Positions 40,471 to 54,600 of a DNA stretch of 64,000 nucleotides are shown here, piece after piece. Source of the stretch: Eledone cirrhosa (taxonomy: Eukaryota); the NCBI GenBank assembly GCA_964016885.1, contig OZ024741.1, positions 260,090,001-260,154,000 on the forward strand, written 5' to 3'. Positions within the stretch are counted from its first letter, which is position 1. Each line of letters starts with the position of its first letter. The notes under the pieces are model-generated. The model did no database searches. It was given only the letters and a program-made list of their open reading frames with translations, and had not been told where the DNA came from. Position numbers and translations under genes: made by a program.

Positions 40471-43400
40471 GTAAGTCGAAACACTCGTAAGTCAGAACAC
40501 TCGTAAGTCAGAACACTCTTAAGTCAGAACACTCGTATCGAAACACGTATGTCAAAACACCCGTAAGTCGAAACACTCGTAAGTCGAAACACTCGTAAGC
40601 CGAAACAATCGTAAGTCAAAACACTCGTAAGTCGAAACACTCGTAAGCCGAAAATACTCGTAAGTCGGAACACCCGTAAGCCGAAACCCTCGTAGGTCGG
40701 AACACTCGTAAGTCAAAACACTCGTAAGTCGAAACACCAGTAAGTCGAAACACTCGTAAGTCGAAACACCCGTAAGTCGAAACATCCGTAAGTCAAAACA
40801 CTCGTATGTCGAAACACTCGTAAGCCGAAACACTCGTAAGTCAGAACACTCGTAAGTCAGAACACTCGTAAGTCGAAACACTCATAAGTCGAAACACTCG
40901 TAAGTCGAAACACCCGTAAGTCGAAACACCCGTAAGTCGAAACACTCGTATGTCGAATAACTCGTAAGCCGAAACACCGTAAGTCAAAACACTCGTAAGT
41001 CGAAACACTCGTAAGTCGAAACACCCATAAGCCGAAACATTCGTAAGCCAAAACATTCGTAAGTCGAAACACTCGTAAACCGAAACACTCGTAAGCCAAA
41101 ACATTCGTAAGTCGAAACACTCGTAAGTCGAAACACCCATAGCCGAAACACTTGTAAGTCTGAACACACGTAAGTCAGAACACCCGTAAGTCAGAACACT
41201 CGTAAGTCAGAACACTCGTAAGTCAGAACACTCGTAAGTCAGAGCACTCGTATCGAAACACTCGTATGTCAAAACACCCGTAAGTCAAAACACTCGTAAG
41301 TCGAAACACTCGTAAGCCGAAACACCGTAAGCCAAAACACTCGTAAGTCGAAACACCCGTAAGTCGGAACACTCGTAAGTCGAAACACTCGTAAGTCGAA
41401 ACACTCGTAAGCCGAAACACTCGTAAGCCGAAACACTCGTAAGTCGGAACACTCGTAAGTCGGAACACTCGTAAGTCAGAACACTCGTAAGTCAGAACAC
41501 TCGTAAGTCAGAACACTCGTAAGTCAAAACACTCGTATCGAAACACTCGTATGTCAAAACACCCGTAAGTCAAAACACTCGTAAGTCGAAACACTCGTAA
41601 GTCGAAACATTCGTATGTCGAAACATCCGTAAATCAGAACACTCGTAAGTCGAAACACTCGTAAGTCGAAACACTCGTAAGCCGAAACACTCGTAAGTCG
41701 AAGCACTCGTATCGAAACACTCGTAAGTCGAAACACCCTTAAGTCAAAACACTCGTAAGCCAAAACACTCGTAAGTCGAAACACTCGTAAGTCGGAACAC
41801 TCGTAAGTCAGAACACTCGTAAGTCAGAACACTCGTAAGTGGAAACACGCGTAAGTCGAAACACTCATAAGTCGAAACACTCGTAAGTCGAAACACCCGT
41901 AAGTCGAAACACCCGTAAGTCGAAACACTCGTATGTCGAATAACTCGTAAGCCGAAACACCGTAAGTCAAAACACTCGTAAGTCGAAACACTCGTAAGTC
42001 GAAACACCCATAAGCCGAAACACTCGTAAGCCAAAACATTCGTAAGTCGAAACACTCGTAAACCGAAACACTCGTAAGCCAAAACATTCGTAAGTCGAAA
42101 CACTCGTAAGTCGAAACACCCATAGCCGAAACACTCGTAAGTCTGAACACACGTAAGTCAGAACAGCCGTAAGTCAGAACACTCGTAAGTCAGAACACTC
42201 GTAAGTCAGAACACTCGTAAGTCAGAGCACTCGTAAGCCGAAACACCGTAAGCCAAAACACTCGTAAGTCGAAACACCCGTAAGTCGGAACACTCGTAAG
42301 TCGAAACACTCGTAAGTCGAAACACTCGTAAGCCGAAACACTCGTAAGCCGAAACACTCGTAAGTCGGAACACTCGTAAGTCGGAACACTCGTAAGTCAG
42401 AACACTCGTAAGTCAGAACACTCGTAAGTCAGAACACTCGTAAGTCAGAACACTCGTAAGTCGAAACACTCGTATCGAAACACTCGTATGTCAAAACACC
42501 CGTAAGTCAAAACACTCGTAAGTCGAAACACTCGTAAGTCGAAACACTCGTATGTCGAAACATCCGTAAATCAGAACACTCGTAAGTCGAAACACTCGTA
42601 AGTCGAAACACTCGTAAGCCGAAACACTCGTAAGTCGAAGCACTCGTATCGAAACACTCGTAAGTCGAAACACCCTTAAGTCAAAACACTCGTAAGCCAA
42701 AACACTCGTAAGTCGAAACACTCGTAAGTCGGAACACTCGTAAGTCAGAACACTCGTAAGTCAGAACACTCGTAAGTGGAAACACGCGTAAGTCGAAAGA
42801 CCCGTAAGTCAAAAATCTCGTAAGTCAAAACACTCGTAAGCCGAAACACTCGTAAGTCGAAACACTCGTAAGTCGAAACATTCGTAAAGCGAAACGTATA
42901 AATAAAGATTAATGTAATGAACTTGAAAAGCATAGATATTTGAAACCGCGTCTATTTGTTATTTTCGAAAGTCGAAACACTCGTAAGTCAGAACACTCGT
43001 AAGTCAGAACACTCGTATCGAAACACGTATGTCAAAACACCCGTAAGTCAAAACACTCGTAAGTCGAAACACTCGTAAGTCGAAACACTCGTAAGCCGAA
43101 ACAATCGTAAGTCAAAACACTCGTAAGTCGAAACACTCGTAAGCCGAAAATACTCGTAAGTCGGAACACCCGTAAGCCGAAACCCTCGTAGGTCGGAACA
43201 CTCGTAAGTCGAAACACTCTTAAGTCGAAACACCCGTAAGTCGAAACACTCGTAAGTCGAAACACCCGTAAGTCGAAACATCCGTAAGTCAAAACACTCG
43301 TAAGCCGAAACACTCGTAAGTCGGAACACTCGCAAGTCAGAACACTCGTAAGTCAGAACACTCGTAAGTCGAAACACTCGTAAGTCGAAACACCCGTAAG

Positions 43401-46400
43401 TCGAAACGCCCGTAAGTCAAAACACTCGTATGTCGAAACACTCGCAAGCCGAAAAACCGTAAGTCAAAACACTCGTAAGTCGAAACACTCGTAAATCGAA
43501 ACACTCGTAAGCCGAAACACTCGTAAGCGAAAACATTCGTTAGTCGAAACACTCGTAACCCGAAACACTCGTAAGTCGAAACACTCGAAAGCCGAAACAC
43601 TCGTAAGTCGAAACACTCATAAGCCGAAACACTCGTAAGTCGGAACACTCGTAAGTCAGAACACCCGTAAATCAGAACACTCGTAGTCAGAACACTCGTA
43701 AGTCGAAACACTCGTAAGCCGAAACACTCGCAAGTCGAAGCACTCGTAATCCGAAACACTCTTAAGTCGAAACACTCGTAAGTCGGAACACTCGTAAGTC
43801 AGAACACTCGTAAGTCAGAACACTCGTAAGTCGAAACACTCGTAAGCCGAAACATCCGTAAGTCAAAACATCCGTAAGTCAAAACATTCGTAAGTCGAAA
43901 CACCCGTAGTCGAAACACTCGCAAGTCGAAACACTCGTAAGTCGAAACACGCGTAAGTCGAAACACATGTAAGTCAAAACACTCGTAAGTCAAAACACTC
44001 GTAAGCCGAAACACTCGTAAGTCGAAACACTCGTAAGTCGAAACACTCGTAAAGCGAAACATATCAATAAAGATTAATGTAATGAATTTGAAAAGCATAG
44101 AGATTTGAAACCGCGTCTATTTGTTATTTTCGTAAGTCGAAACACTCGTAAGCCGAAACACTCGTGAGCCGAAACACTCGTAAGTCGGAACACTCGTAAG
44201 TCAGAACACTCGTAAGTCAGAACACTCGTAAGTTAGAACACTCGTAAGTCAGAACACTCGTATGTCAAAACACCCGTAAGTCAAAACACTCGTAAGTCGA
44301 AACACTCGTAAGTCGAAACACTCGTAAGCCGAAACACTCGAAAGCCGTAACACTCGTAAGTCGGAACACTCGTAAGCCGAAACCCTCGTAGGTCGGAACA
44401 CTCGTAAGTCGAAACACTCGTAAGTCGAAACACCCGTAAGTCGAAACACTCGTAAGTCGAAACACTTGTAAGTCGAAACACCCATAAGCCGAAACACTCG
44501 TAAGCCAAAACATTCGTAAGTCGAAACACTCGTAAACCGAAACACTCGTAAGCCAAAACATTCGTAAGTCGAAACACTCGTAAGTCGAAACACCCATAGC
44601 CGAAACACTCGTAAGTCTGAACACACGTAAGTCAGAACACCCGTAAGTCAGAACACTCGTAAGTCAGAACACTCGTAAGTCAGAACACTCGTAAGTCAGA
44701 GCACTCGTATCGAAACACTCGTATGTCAAAACACCCGTAAGTCAAAACACCCGTAAGTCGAAACACTTGTAAGCCGAAACACCGTAAGCCAAAACACTCG
44801 TAAGTCGAAACACCCGTAAGTCGGAACACTCGTAAGTCGAAACACTCGTAAGTCGAAACACTCGTAAGCCGAAACACTCGTAAGCCGAAACACTCGTAAG
44901 TCGGAACACTCGTAAGTCGGAACACTCGTAAGTCAGAACACTCGTAAGTCAGAACACTCGTAAGTCAGAACACTCGTAAGTCAGAACACTCGTAAGTCGA
45001 AACACTCGTATCGAAACACTCGTATGTCAAAACACCCATAAGTCAAAACACTCGTAAGTCGAAACACTCGTAAGTCGAAACACTCGTATGTCGAAACATC
45101 CGTAAATCAGAACACTCGTAAGTCGAAACACTCGTAAGTCGAAACACTCGTAAGCCGAAACACTCGTAAGTCGAAACACTCGTATCGAAACACTCGTAAG
45201 TCGAAACACCCTTAAGTCAAAACACTCGTAAGCCAAAACACTCGTAAGTCGAAACACTCGTAAGTCGGAACACTCGTAACTCAGAACACTCGTAAGTCAG
45301 AACACTCGTAAGTGGAAACACGCGCAAGTCGAAAGACCCGTAAGTCAAAAATCTCGTAAGTCAAAACACTCGTAAGCCGAAACACTCGTAAGTCGAAACA
45401 CTCGTAAGTCGAAACATTCGTAAAGCGAAACGTATAAATAAAGATTAATGTAATGAACTTGAAAAGCATAGATATTTGAAACCGCGTCTATTTGTTATTT
45501 TCGTAAGTCGAAACACTCGTAAGTCAGAACACTCGTAAGTCAGAACACTCTTAAGTGAGAACACTCGTATCGAAACACTCGTATGTCAAAACACCCGTAA
45601 GTCAAAACACTCGTAAGTCGAAACACTCGTAAGTCGAAACACTCGTAAGCCGAAACAATCGTAAGTCAAAACACTCGTAAGTCGAAACACTCGTAAGCCG
45701 AAAATACTCGTAAGTCGGAACACCCGTAAGCCGAAACCCTCGTAGGTCGGAACACTCGTAAGTCGAAACACTCGTAAGTCGAAACACCCGTAAGTCGAAA
45801 CATCTGTAAGTCAAAACACTCGTATGTCGAAACACTCGTAAGCCGAGACACTCGTAAGTCGGAACACTCGCAAGTCAGAACACTCGTAAGTCAGAACACT
45901 CGTAAGTCGAAACACTCGTAAGTCGAAACACCCGTAAGTCGAAACGCCCGTAAGTCAAAACACTCGTATGTCGAAACACTCGCAAACTGAAAAACCGTAA
46001 GTCGAAACACTCGTAACCCGAAACACTCGTAAGTCGAAACACTCGAAAGCCGAAACACTCGTAAGTCGAAACACTCATAAGCCGAAACACTCGTAAGTCG
46101 GAACACTCGTAAGTCAGAACACCCGTAAGTCAGAACACGCGTAGTCAGAACACTCGTAAGTCGAAACACTCGTAAGCCGAAACACTCGCAAGTCGAAGCA
46201 CTCGTAATCCGAAACACTCTTAATTCGAAACACTCGTAAGTCGGAAGACTCGTAAGTCAGAACACTCGTAAGTCAGAACACTCGTAAGTCGAAACACTCG
46301 TAAGCCGAAACATCCGTAAGTCAAAACATCCGTAAGTCAAAACATTCGTAAGTCGAAACACCCGTAGTCGAAACACTCGCATGTCGAAACACTCGTAAGT

Positions 46401-48699
46401 CGAAACACGCGTAAGTCGAAACACATGTAAGTCAAAACACTCGTAAGTCAAAACACTCGTAAGCCGAAACACTCGTAAGTCGAAACACTCGTAAGTCGAA
46501 ACACTCGTAAAGCGAAACGTATAAATAAAGATTAATGTAATGAATTTGAAAAGCATAGAGAATTGAAACCGCGTCTATTTGTTATTTTCGTAAGTCGAAC
46601 ACTCGTAAGTCAGAACACTCGTAAGTCAGAACACTCGTAAGTTAGAACACTCGTAAGTCAGAACACTCGTAAGTCAGAACACTCGTAAGTCAGAACACTC
46701 GTAAGTCGAAACACTCGTATCGAAACACTCGTATGTCAAAACACCAGTAAGTCAAAACACTCGTAAGTCGAAACACTCGTAAGTCGAAACACTCGTAAGA
46801 GGAAACACTCGTAAGTCGAAACACTCGTAAGCCGAAACACTCGTAAGCCGAAACACTCGTAAGTCGGAACACTCGTAAGTCAGAACACTCATAAGTCAGA
46901 ACACTCGTAAGTCAGAACACTCGTAAGTCGAAACACTCGTAAGCCGAAACACCGTAAGTCGAAACACCCGTATGTCGAAACACTCGTAAGCCGAAACACT
47001 CGTAAGTAAAAACATTAGTAAGTCGAAACACTCGTAAGCCGGAAGACTCGTAAGTCGAAACACTCGTACACCGAAACACTCGTAAGTATAAACATTAGTA
47101 AGTCGAAACACTCGTATGTCGAAACACTCGTAAACCGAAACACTCGTAAGTCGGAACACTCGTAAGTCAGAACACTCGTAAGTCAGAACTCTCGTAAGTT
47201 GAAACACTCATAAGTCGAAACACTCGTAAGTCGAAACACCCGTAAGTCGAAACACCCGTAAGTCGAAACACTCGTATGTCGAATAACTCGTAAGCCGAAA
47301 CACCGTAAGTCAAAACACTCGTAAGTCGAAACACTCGTAAGTCGAAACACCCATAAGCCGAAACACTCGTAAGCCAAAACATTCGTAAGTCGAAACACTC
47401 GTAAACCGAAACACTCGTAAGCCAAAACATTCGTAAGTCGAAACACTCGTAAGTCGAAACACCCATAGCCGAAACACTCGTAAGTCTGAACACACGTAAG
47501 TCAGAACAGCCGTAAGTCAGAACACTCGTAAGTCAGAACACTCGTAAGTCAGAACACTCGTAAGTCAGAGCACTCGTATCGAAACACTCGTATGTCAAAA
47601 CACCCGTAAGTCAAAACACTCGTAAGTCGAAACACTCGTAAGCCGAAACACCGTAAGCCAAAACACTCGTAAGTCGAAACACCCGTAAGTCGGAACACTC
47701 GTAAGTCGAAACACTCGTAAGTCGAAACACTCGTAAGCCGAAATACTCCTAAGCCGAAACACTCGTAAGTCGGAACACTCGTAAGTCGGAACACTCGTAA
47801 GTCAGAACACTCGTAAGTCAGAACACTCGTAAGTCAGAACACTCGTAAGTCAGAACACTCGTAAGTCGAAACACTCGTATCGAAACACTCGTATGTCAAA
47901 ACACCCGTAAGTCAAAACACTCGTAAGTCGAAACACTCGTAAGTCGAAACACTCGTATGTCGAAACATCCGTAAATCAGAACACTCGTAAGTCGAAACAC
48001 TCGTAAGTCGAAACACTCGTAAGCCGAAACACTCGTAAGTCGAAGCACTCGTATCGAAACACTCGTAAGTCGAAACACCCTTAAGTCAAAACACTCGTAA
48101 GCCAAAACACTCGTAAGTCGAAACACTCGTAAGTCGGAACACTCGTAAGTCAGAACACTCGTAAGTTAGAACACTCGTAAGTGGAAACACGCGTAAGTCG
48201 AAAGACCCGTAAGTCAAAAATCTCGTAAGTCAAAACACTCGTAAGCCGAAACACTCGTAAGTCGAAACACTCGTAAGTCGAAACATTCGTAAAGCGAAAC
48301 GTATAAATAAATATTAATGTAATGAACTTGAAAAGCATAGATATTTGAAACCGCGTCTATTTGTTATTTTCGTAAGTCGAAACACTCGTAAGTCAGAACA
48401 CTCGTAAGTCAGAACACTCTTAAGTCAGAACACTCGTATCGAAACACACGTATGTCAAAACACCCGTAAGTCAAAACACTCGTAAGTCGAAACACTCGTA
48501 AGTCGAAACACTCGTAAGCCGAAACAATCGTAAGTCAAAACACTCGTAAGTCGAAACACTCGTAAACCGAAAATACTCGTAAGTCGGAACACCCGTAAGC
48601 CGAAACCCTCGTAGGTCGGAACACTCGTAAGTCGAAACACTTGTAAGTCGAAACACCCGTAAGTCGAAACACTCGTAAGTCGAAACACCCGTAAGTCGA

Positions 48700-51600
48700 A
48701 ACATCCGTAAGTCAAAACACTTGTATGTCGAAACACTCGTAAGCCGAAACACTCGTAAGTCGGAACACTCGCAAGTCAGAACACTCGTAAGTCAGAACAC
48801 TCGTAAGTCGAAACACTCGTAAGTCGAAACGCCCGTAAGTCAAAACACTCGTATGTCGAAACACTCGCAAGCCGAAAAACCGTAAGTCAAAACACTCGTA
48901 AGTCGAAACACTCGTAAATCGAAACACTCGTAAGCCGAAACACTCGTAAGCGAAAACATTCGTTAGTCGAAACACTCGTAACCCGAAACACTCGTAAGTC
49001 GAAACACTCGAAAGCCGAAACACTCGTAAGTCGAAACACTCATAAGCCGAAACACTCGTAAGTCGGAACACTCGTAAGTCAGAACACCCGTATGTCAGAA
49101 CACTCGTAGTCAGAACACTCGTAAGTCGAAACACTCGTAAGCCGAAACACTCGCAAGTCCAAGCACTCGTAATCCGAAACACTCTTAAGTCGAAACACTC
49201 GTAAGTCGGAACACTCGTAAGTCAGAACACTCGTAAGTCAGAACATTCGTAAGTCGAAACACTCGTAAGCCGAAACATCCGTAAGTCAAAACATCCGTAA
49301 GTCAAAACATTCGTAAGTCGAAACACCAGTAGTCGAAACACTCGCAAGTCGAAACACTCGTAAGTCGAAACACGCGTAAGTCGAAACACATGTAAGTCAA
49401 AACACCCGTAAGTCAAAACACTCGTAAGCCGAAACACTCGTAAGTCGAAACACTCGTAAGTCGAAACACTCGTAAAGCGAAACGTATAAATAAAGATTAA
49501 TGTAATGAATTTGAAAAGCATAGAGATTTGAAACCGCGTCTATTTGTTATTTTCGTAAGTCGAAACACTCGTAAGCCGAAACACTCGTGAGCCGAAACAC
49601 TCGTAAGTCGGAACACTCGTAAGTCAGAACACTCGTAAGTCAGAACACTCGTAAGTTAGAACACTCGTAAGTCAGAACACTCGTAAGTCAGAACACTCGT
49701 AAGTCAGAACACTCGTATCGAAACACTCGTATGTCAAAACACCAGTAAGTCAAAACACTCGTAAGTCGAAACACTCGTAAGCCGAAACACCGTAAGTCGA
49801 AACACTCGTAAGTCGAAACACTCGTAAGTCGAAACACTCGTAAGTCGAAACACTCGTAAGCCGAAACACTCGTAAGTCGGAACACTCGTAAGTCAGAACA
49901 CTCATAAGTCAGAACACTCGTAAGTCAGAACACTCGTAAGTCGAAACACTCGTATCGAAACACTCGTATGTCAAAACACCAGTAAGTCGAAGCACTCGTA
50001 TCGAAACACTCGTATGTTAAAACACCAGTAAGTCAAAACACTCGTAAGTCGAAACACTCGTAAGCCGAAACACCGTAAGTCGAAACACCCGTATGTCGAA
50101 ACACTCGTAAGCCGAAACACTCGTAAGTCGAAACACTCGTAGTCGAAACACTCGTAAGTCGAAACACCCGTAAGTCGAAACACTCGTAAGTCGAAACACT
50201 CGTAAGCCGAAACACTCGTAAGTCGAAACACTCATAAGCCGAAACACTCGTAAGTCGAAACACTCGTAAGTCAGAACACTCGTAAGTCAGAACACTCGTA
50301 AGTTAGAACACTCGTAAGTCAGAACACTGGTAAGTCGAAACACTCGTATCGAAACACTCGTATGTCAAAACACCAGTAAGTCAAAACACTCGTAAGTCGA
50401 AACACTCGTAAGCCGAAACACCGTAAGTCAAAACACTCGTAAGTCGAAACACTCGTAAGCCGAAACACCCGTAAGTCAAAACATTCGTAAGTCAAAACAC
50501 TCGTAAGTCGAAACACTCGTAAGTCGAAACACTCGTAAGTCGAAACAGTCGTAAGCCGAAACAACCGTAAGTCGAAACACCCGTAAGTCGAAACACCCGT
50601 AAGTCAAAACACTCGTATGTCGAAACACTCGTAAGTCGGAACACTCGTAAGTCAGAACACTCGTAAGTCAGAACACTCGTAAGTGGAAACACGCGTAAGT
50701 CGAAAGACCCGTAAGTCAAAAATCTCGTAAGTCAAAACACTCGTAAGCCGAAACACTCGTAAGTCGAAAGACTCGTAAGTCGAAACATTCGTAAAGCGAA
50801 ACGTATAAATAAAGATTAATGTAATGAACTTGAAAAGCATAGAGATTTGAAACCGCGTCTATTTGTTATTTTCGTAAGTCGAAACACTCGTAAGTCAGAA
50901 CACTCGTAAGTCAGAACACTCGTAAGTCAGAACACTCGTAAGTCAGAACACTCGTAAGTCAGAACACTCGTATCGAAACACTCGTATGTCAAAACACCCG
51001 TAAGTCAAAACACTCGTAAGTCGAAACACTCGTAAGTCGAAACACTCGTAAGCCGAAACAATCTTAAGTCAAAACACTCGTAAGTCGAAACACTCGTAAG
51101 CAGAAACCCTCGTAGGTCGGAACACTCGTAAGTCGAAACACTCGTAAGTCGAAACACCCGTAAGTCGGAACACTCGTAAGTCAGAACACTCGTAAGTCAG
51201 AACACTCGTAAGTCAGAACACTCGTAAGTCGAAACACTCGTATCGAAACACTCGTAAGTCAAAACACTCGTAAGTCGAAACACTCGTAAGCCGAAACACC
51301 GTAAGTCAAAACACTCGTAAGTCGAAACACTCGTAAGTCGAAACACTCGTAAGTCGAAACACTCGTAAGTCGAAACACTCGTAAGCCGAAACACTCGTAA
51401 GCCGAAACACTCGTAAGTCGGAACACTCGTAAGTCAGAACACTCATAAGTCAGAACACTCGTAAGTCAGAACACTCGTAAGTCGAAACACTCGTAAGCCG
51501 AAACACCGTACGTCGAAACACCCGTATGTCGAAACACTCGTAAGCCGAAACACTCGTAAGTCGAAACACTCGTAGTCGAAACACTCGTAAGTCGAAACAC

Positions 51601-54600
51601 CCGTAAGTCGAAACACTCGTAAGTCGAAACACTCGTAAACCGAAACACTCGTAAGTCGAAACACTCATAAGTCGAAACACTCGTAAGTCGAAACACCCAT
51701 AAGCCGAAACACTCGAAAGCCAAAACATTCGTAAGTCGAAACACTCGTAAGCCGAAACACTCGTAAGCCAAAACATTCGTAAGTCGAAACACTCGTAAGT
51801 CGAAACACCCATAGCCGAAACACTCGTAAGTCGGAACACACGTAAGTCAGAACACCCGTAAGTCAGAACACTCGTAAGTCAGAACACTCCTAAGTCAGAA
51901 CACTCGTAAGTCAGAGCACTCGTATCGAAACACTCGTATGTAAAAACACCCGTAAGTCAAAACACTAGTAAGTCGAAACACTCGTAAGCCGAAACACCGT
52001 ACGCCAAAACACTCGTAAGTCGAAACACCCGTAAGTCGGAACACTCGTAAGTCAAAACTCTCGCACACCGAAACACTCGTTAGTAAAAACATTAGTAAGT
52101 CAAAACACTCGTAAGCCGAAACACTCATAAATCGAAACACTCGTAAGCCGAAACACCCGTAAGTCAAAACATTCGTAAGTCGAAACACTCGTAAGTCGAA
52201 ACACCCGTAAGTCAAAACACTCATATGTCGAAACACTCGTAAGCCGAAACACCGTAAGTAAAAACACTCGTAAGTCGAAACACCCTTAAGTCGAAACACT
52301 CGTAAGCCGAAACACTCGTAAGTCGAAACACTCGTAAGTCGGAACACTCGTAAATCAGAACACCCGCAAGTCAAAACACTCGTAAATCAGAACACTCTTA
52401 AGTCGAAACTCACGTAAGACGAAACACTCGTAAGTCGAAACACGTGTAAGTCAAAACACTCGTAAGTCAAAACACTCGTAAGCCGAAACACTCGTAAGCA
52501 GAAACCCTCGTAGGTCGGAACACTCGTAAGTCGAAACACTCGTAAGTCGAAACACCCGTAAGTCGAAACACTCGTAAGTCAGAATACTCGTAAGTCGAAA
52601 CACTCGTAAACCGGAACACCCGTAAGGCAAAACATTCTTAAGTCAAAACACTCGTAAGTCGAAACACTCGTAAGCCGAAACACTCGTAAGTCGAAACACT
52701 CGTAAGTCGAAACACTCGTAAGTCGAAACACTCGTAACCCGAAACACTCGTAAGTCGAAACACTCGTAAGTCGAAACACTCGTAAGTCAGAGCACCCGTA
52801 AGTCAGAACACTCGTAGTCAGAACACTCGTAAGTCAATACACTCGTAAGTCGAAACACCCGTAAGTTGAAACATCCGTAAGTCAAAACACTCGTATGTCT
52901 AAACACTCGTAAGCCGAAACACTCGTAAGTCGGAACACTCGCAAGTCAGAACACTCGTAAGTCAGAACACTCGTAAGTCGAAACACTCGTAAGTCGAAAC
53001 GCCCGTAAGTCAAAACACTCGTATGTCGAAACACTCGCAAGCCGAAAAACCGTAAGTCAAAACACTCGTAAGTCGAAACACTCGTAAATCGAAACACTCG
53101 TAAGCCGAAACACTCGTAAGCGAAAACATTCGTTAGTCGAAACACTCGTAACCCGAAACACTCGTAAGTCGAAACACTCGAAAGCCGAAACACTCGTAAG
53201 TCGAAACACTCATAAGCCGAAACACTCGTAAGTCGGAACACTCGTAAGTCAGAACACCCGTATGTCAGAACACTCGTAGTCAGAACACTCGTAAGTCGAA
53301 ACACTCGTAAGCCGAAACACTCGCAAGTCCAAGCACTCGTAATCCGAAACACTCTTAAGTCGAAACACTCGTAAGTCGGAACACTCGTAAGTCAGAACAC
53401 TCGTAAGTCAGAACATTCGTAAGTCGAAACACTCGTAAGCCGAAACATCCGTAAGTCAAAACATCCGTAAGTCAAAACATTCGTAAGTCGAAACACCAGT
53501 AGTCGAAACACTCGCAAGTCGAAACACTCGTAAGTCGAAACACGCGTAAGTCGAAACACATGTAAGTCAAAACACCCGTAAGTCAAAACACTCGTAAGCC
53601 GAAACACTCGTAAGTCGAAACACTCGTAAGTCGAAACACTCGTAAAGCGAAACGTATAAATAAAGATTAATGTAATGAATTTGAAAAGCATAGAGATTTG
53701 AAACCGCGTCTATTTGTTATTTTCGTAAGTCGAAACACTCGTAAGCCGAAACACTCGTGAGCCGAAACACTCGTAAGTCGGAACACTCGTAAGTCAGAAC
53801 ACTCGTAAGTCAGAACACTCGTAAGTTAGAACACTCGTAAGTCAGAACACTCGTAAGTCAGAACACTCGTAAGTCAGAACACTCGTAAGTCGAAACACTC
53901 GTATCGAAACACTCGTATGTCAAAACACCAGTAAGTCAAAACACTCGTAAGTCGAAACACTCGTAAGCCGAAACACCGTAAGTCGAAACACTCGTAAGTC
54001 GAAACACTCGTAAGTCGAAACACTCGTAAGTCGAAACACTCGTAAGCCGAAACACTCGTAAGTCGGAACACTCGTAAGTCAGAACACTCATAAGTCAGAA
54101 CACTCGTAAGTCAGAACACTCGTAAGTCGAAACACTCGTATCGAAACACTCGTATGTCAAAACACCAGTAAGTCGAAGCACTCGTATCGAAACACTCGTA
54201 TGTTAAAACACCAGTAAGTCAAAACACTCGTAAGTCGAAACACTCGTAAGCCGAAACACCGTAAGTCGAAACACCCGTATGTCGAAACACTCGTAAGCCG
54301 AAACACTCGTAAGTCGAAACACTCGTAGTCGAAACACTCGTAAGTCGAAACACCCGTAAGTCGAAACACTCGTAAGTCGAAACACTCGTAAGCCGAAACA
54401 CTCGTAAGTCGAAACACTCATAAGCCGAAACACTCGTAAGTCGAAACACTCGTAAGTCAGAACACTCGTAAGTCAGAACACTCGTAAGTTAGAACACTCG
54501 TAAGTCAGAACACTGGTAAGTCGAAACACTCGTATCGAAACACTCGTATGTCAAAACACCAGTAAGTCAAAACACTCGTAAGTCGAAACACTCGTAAGCC

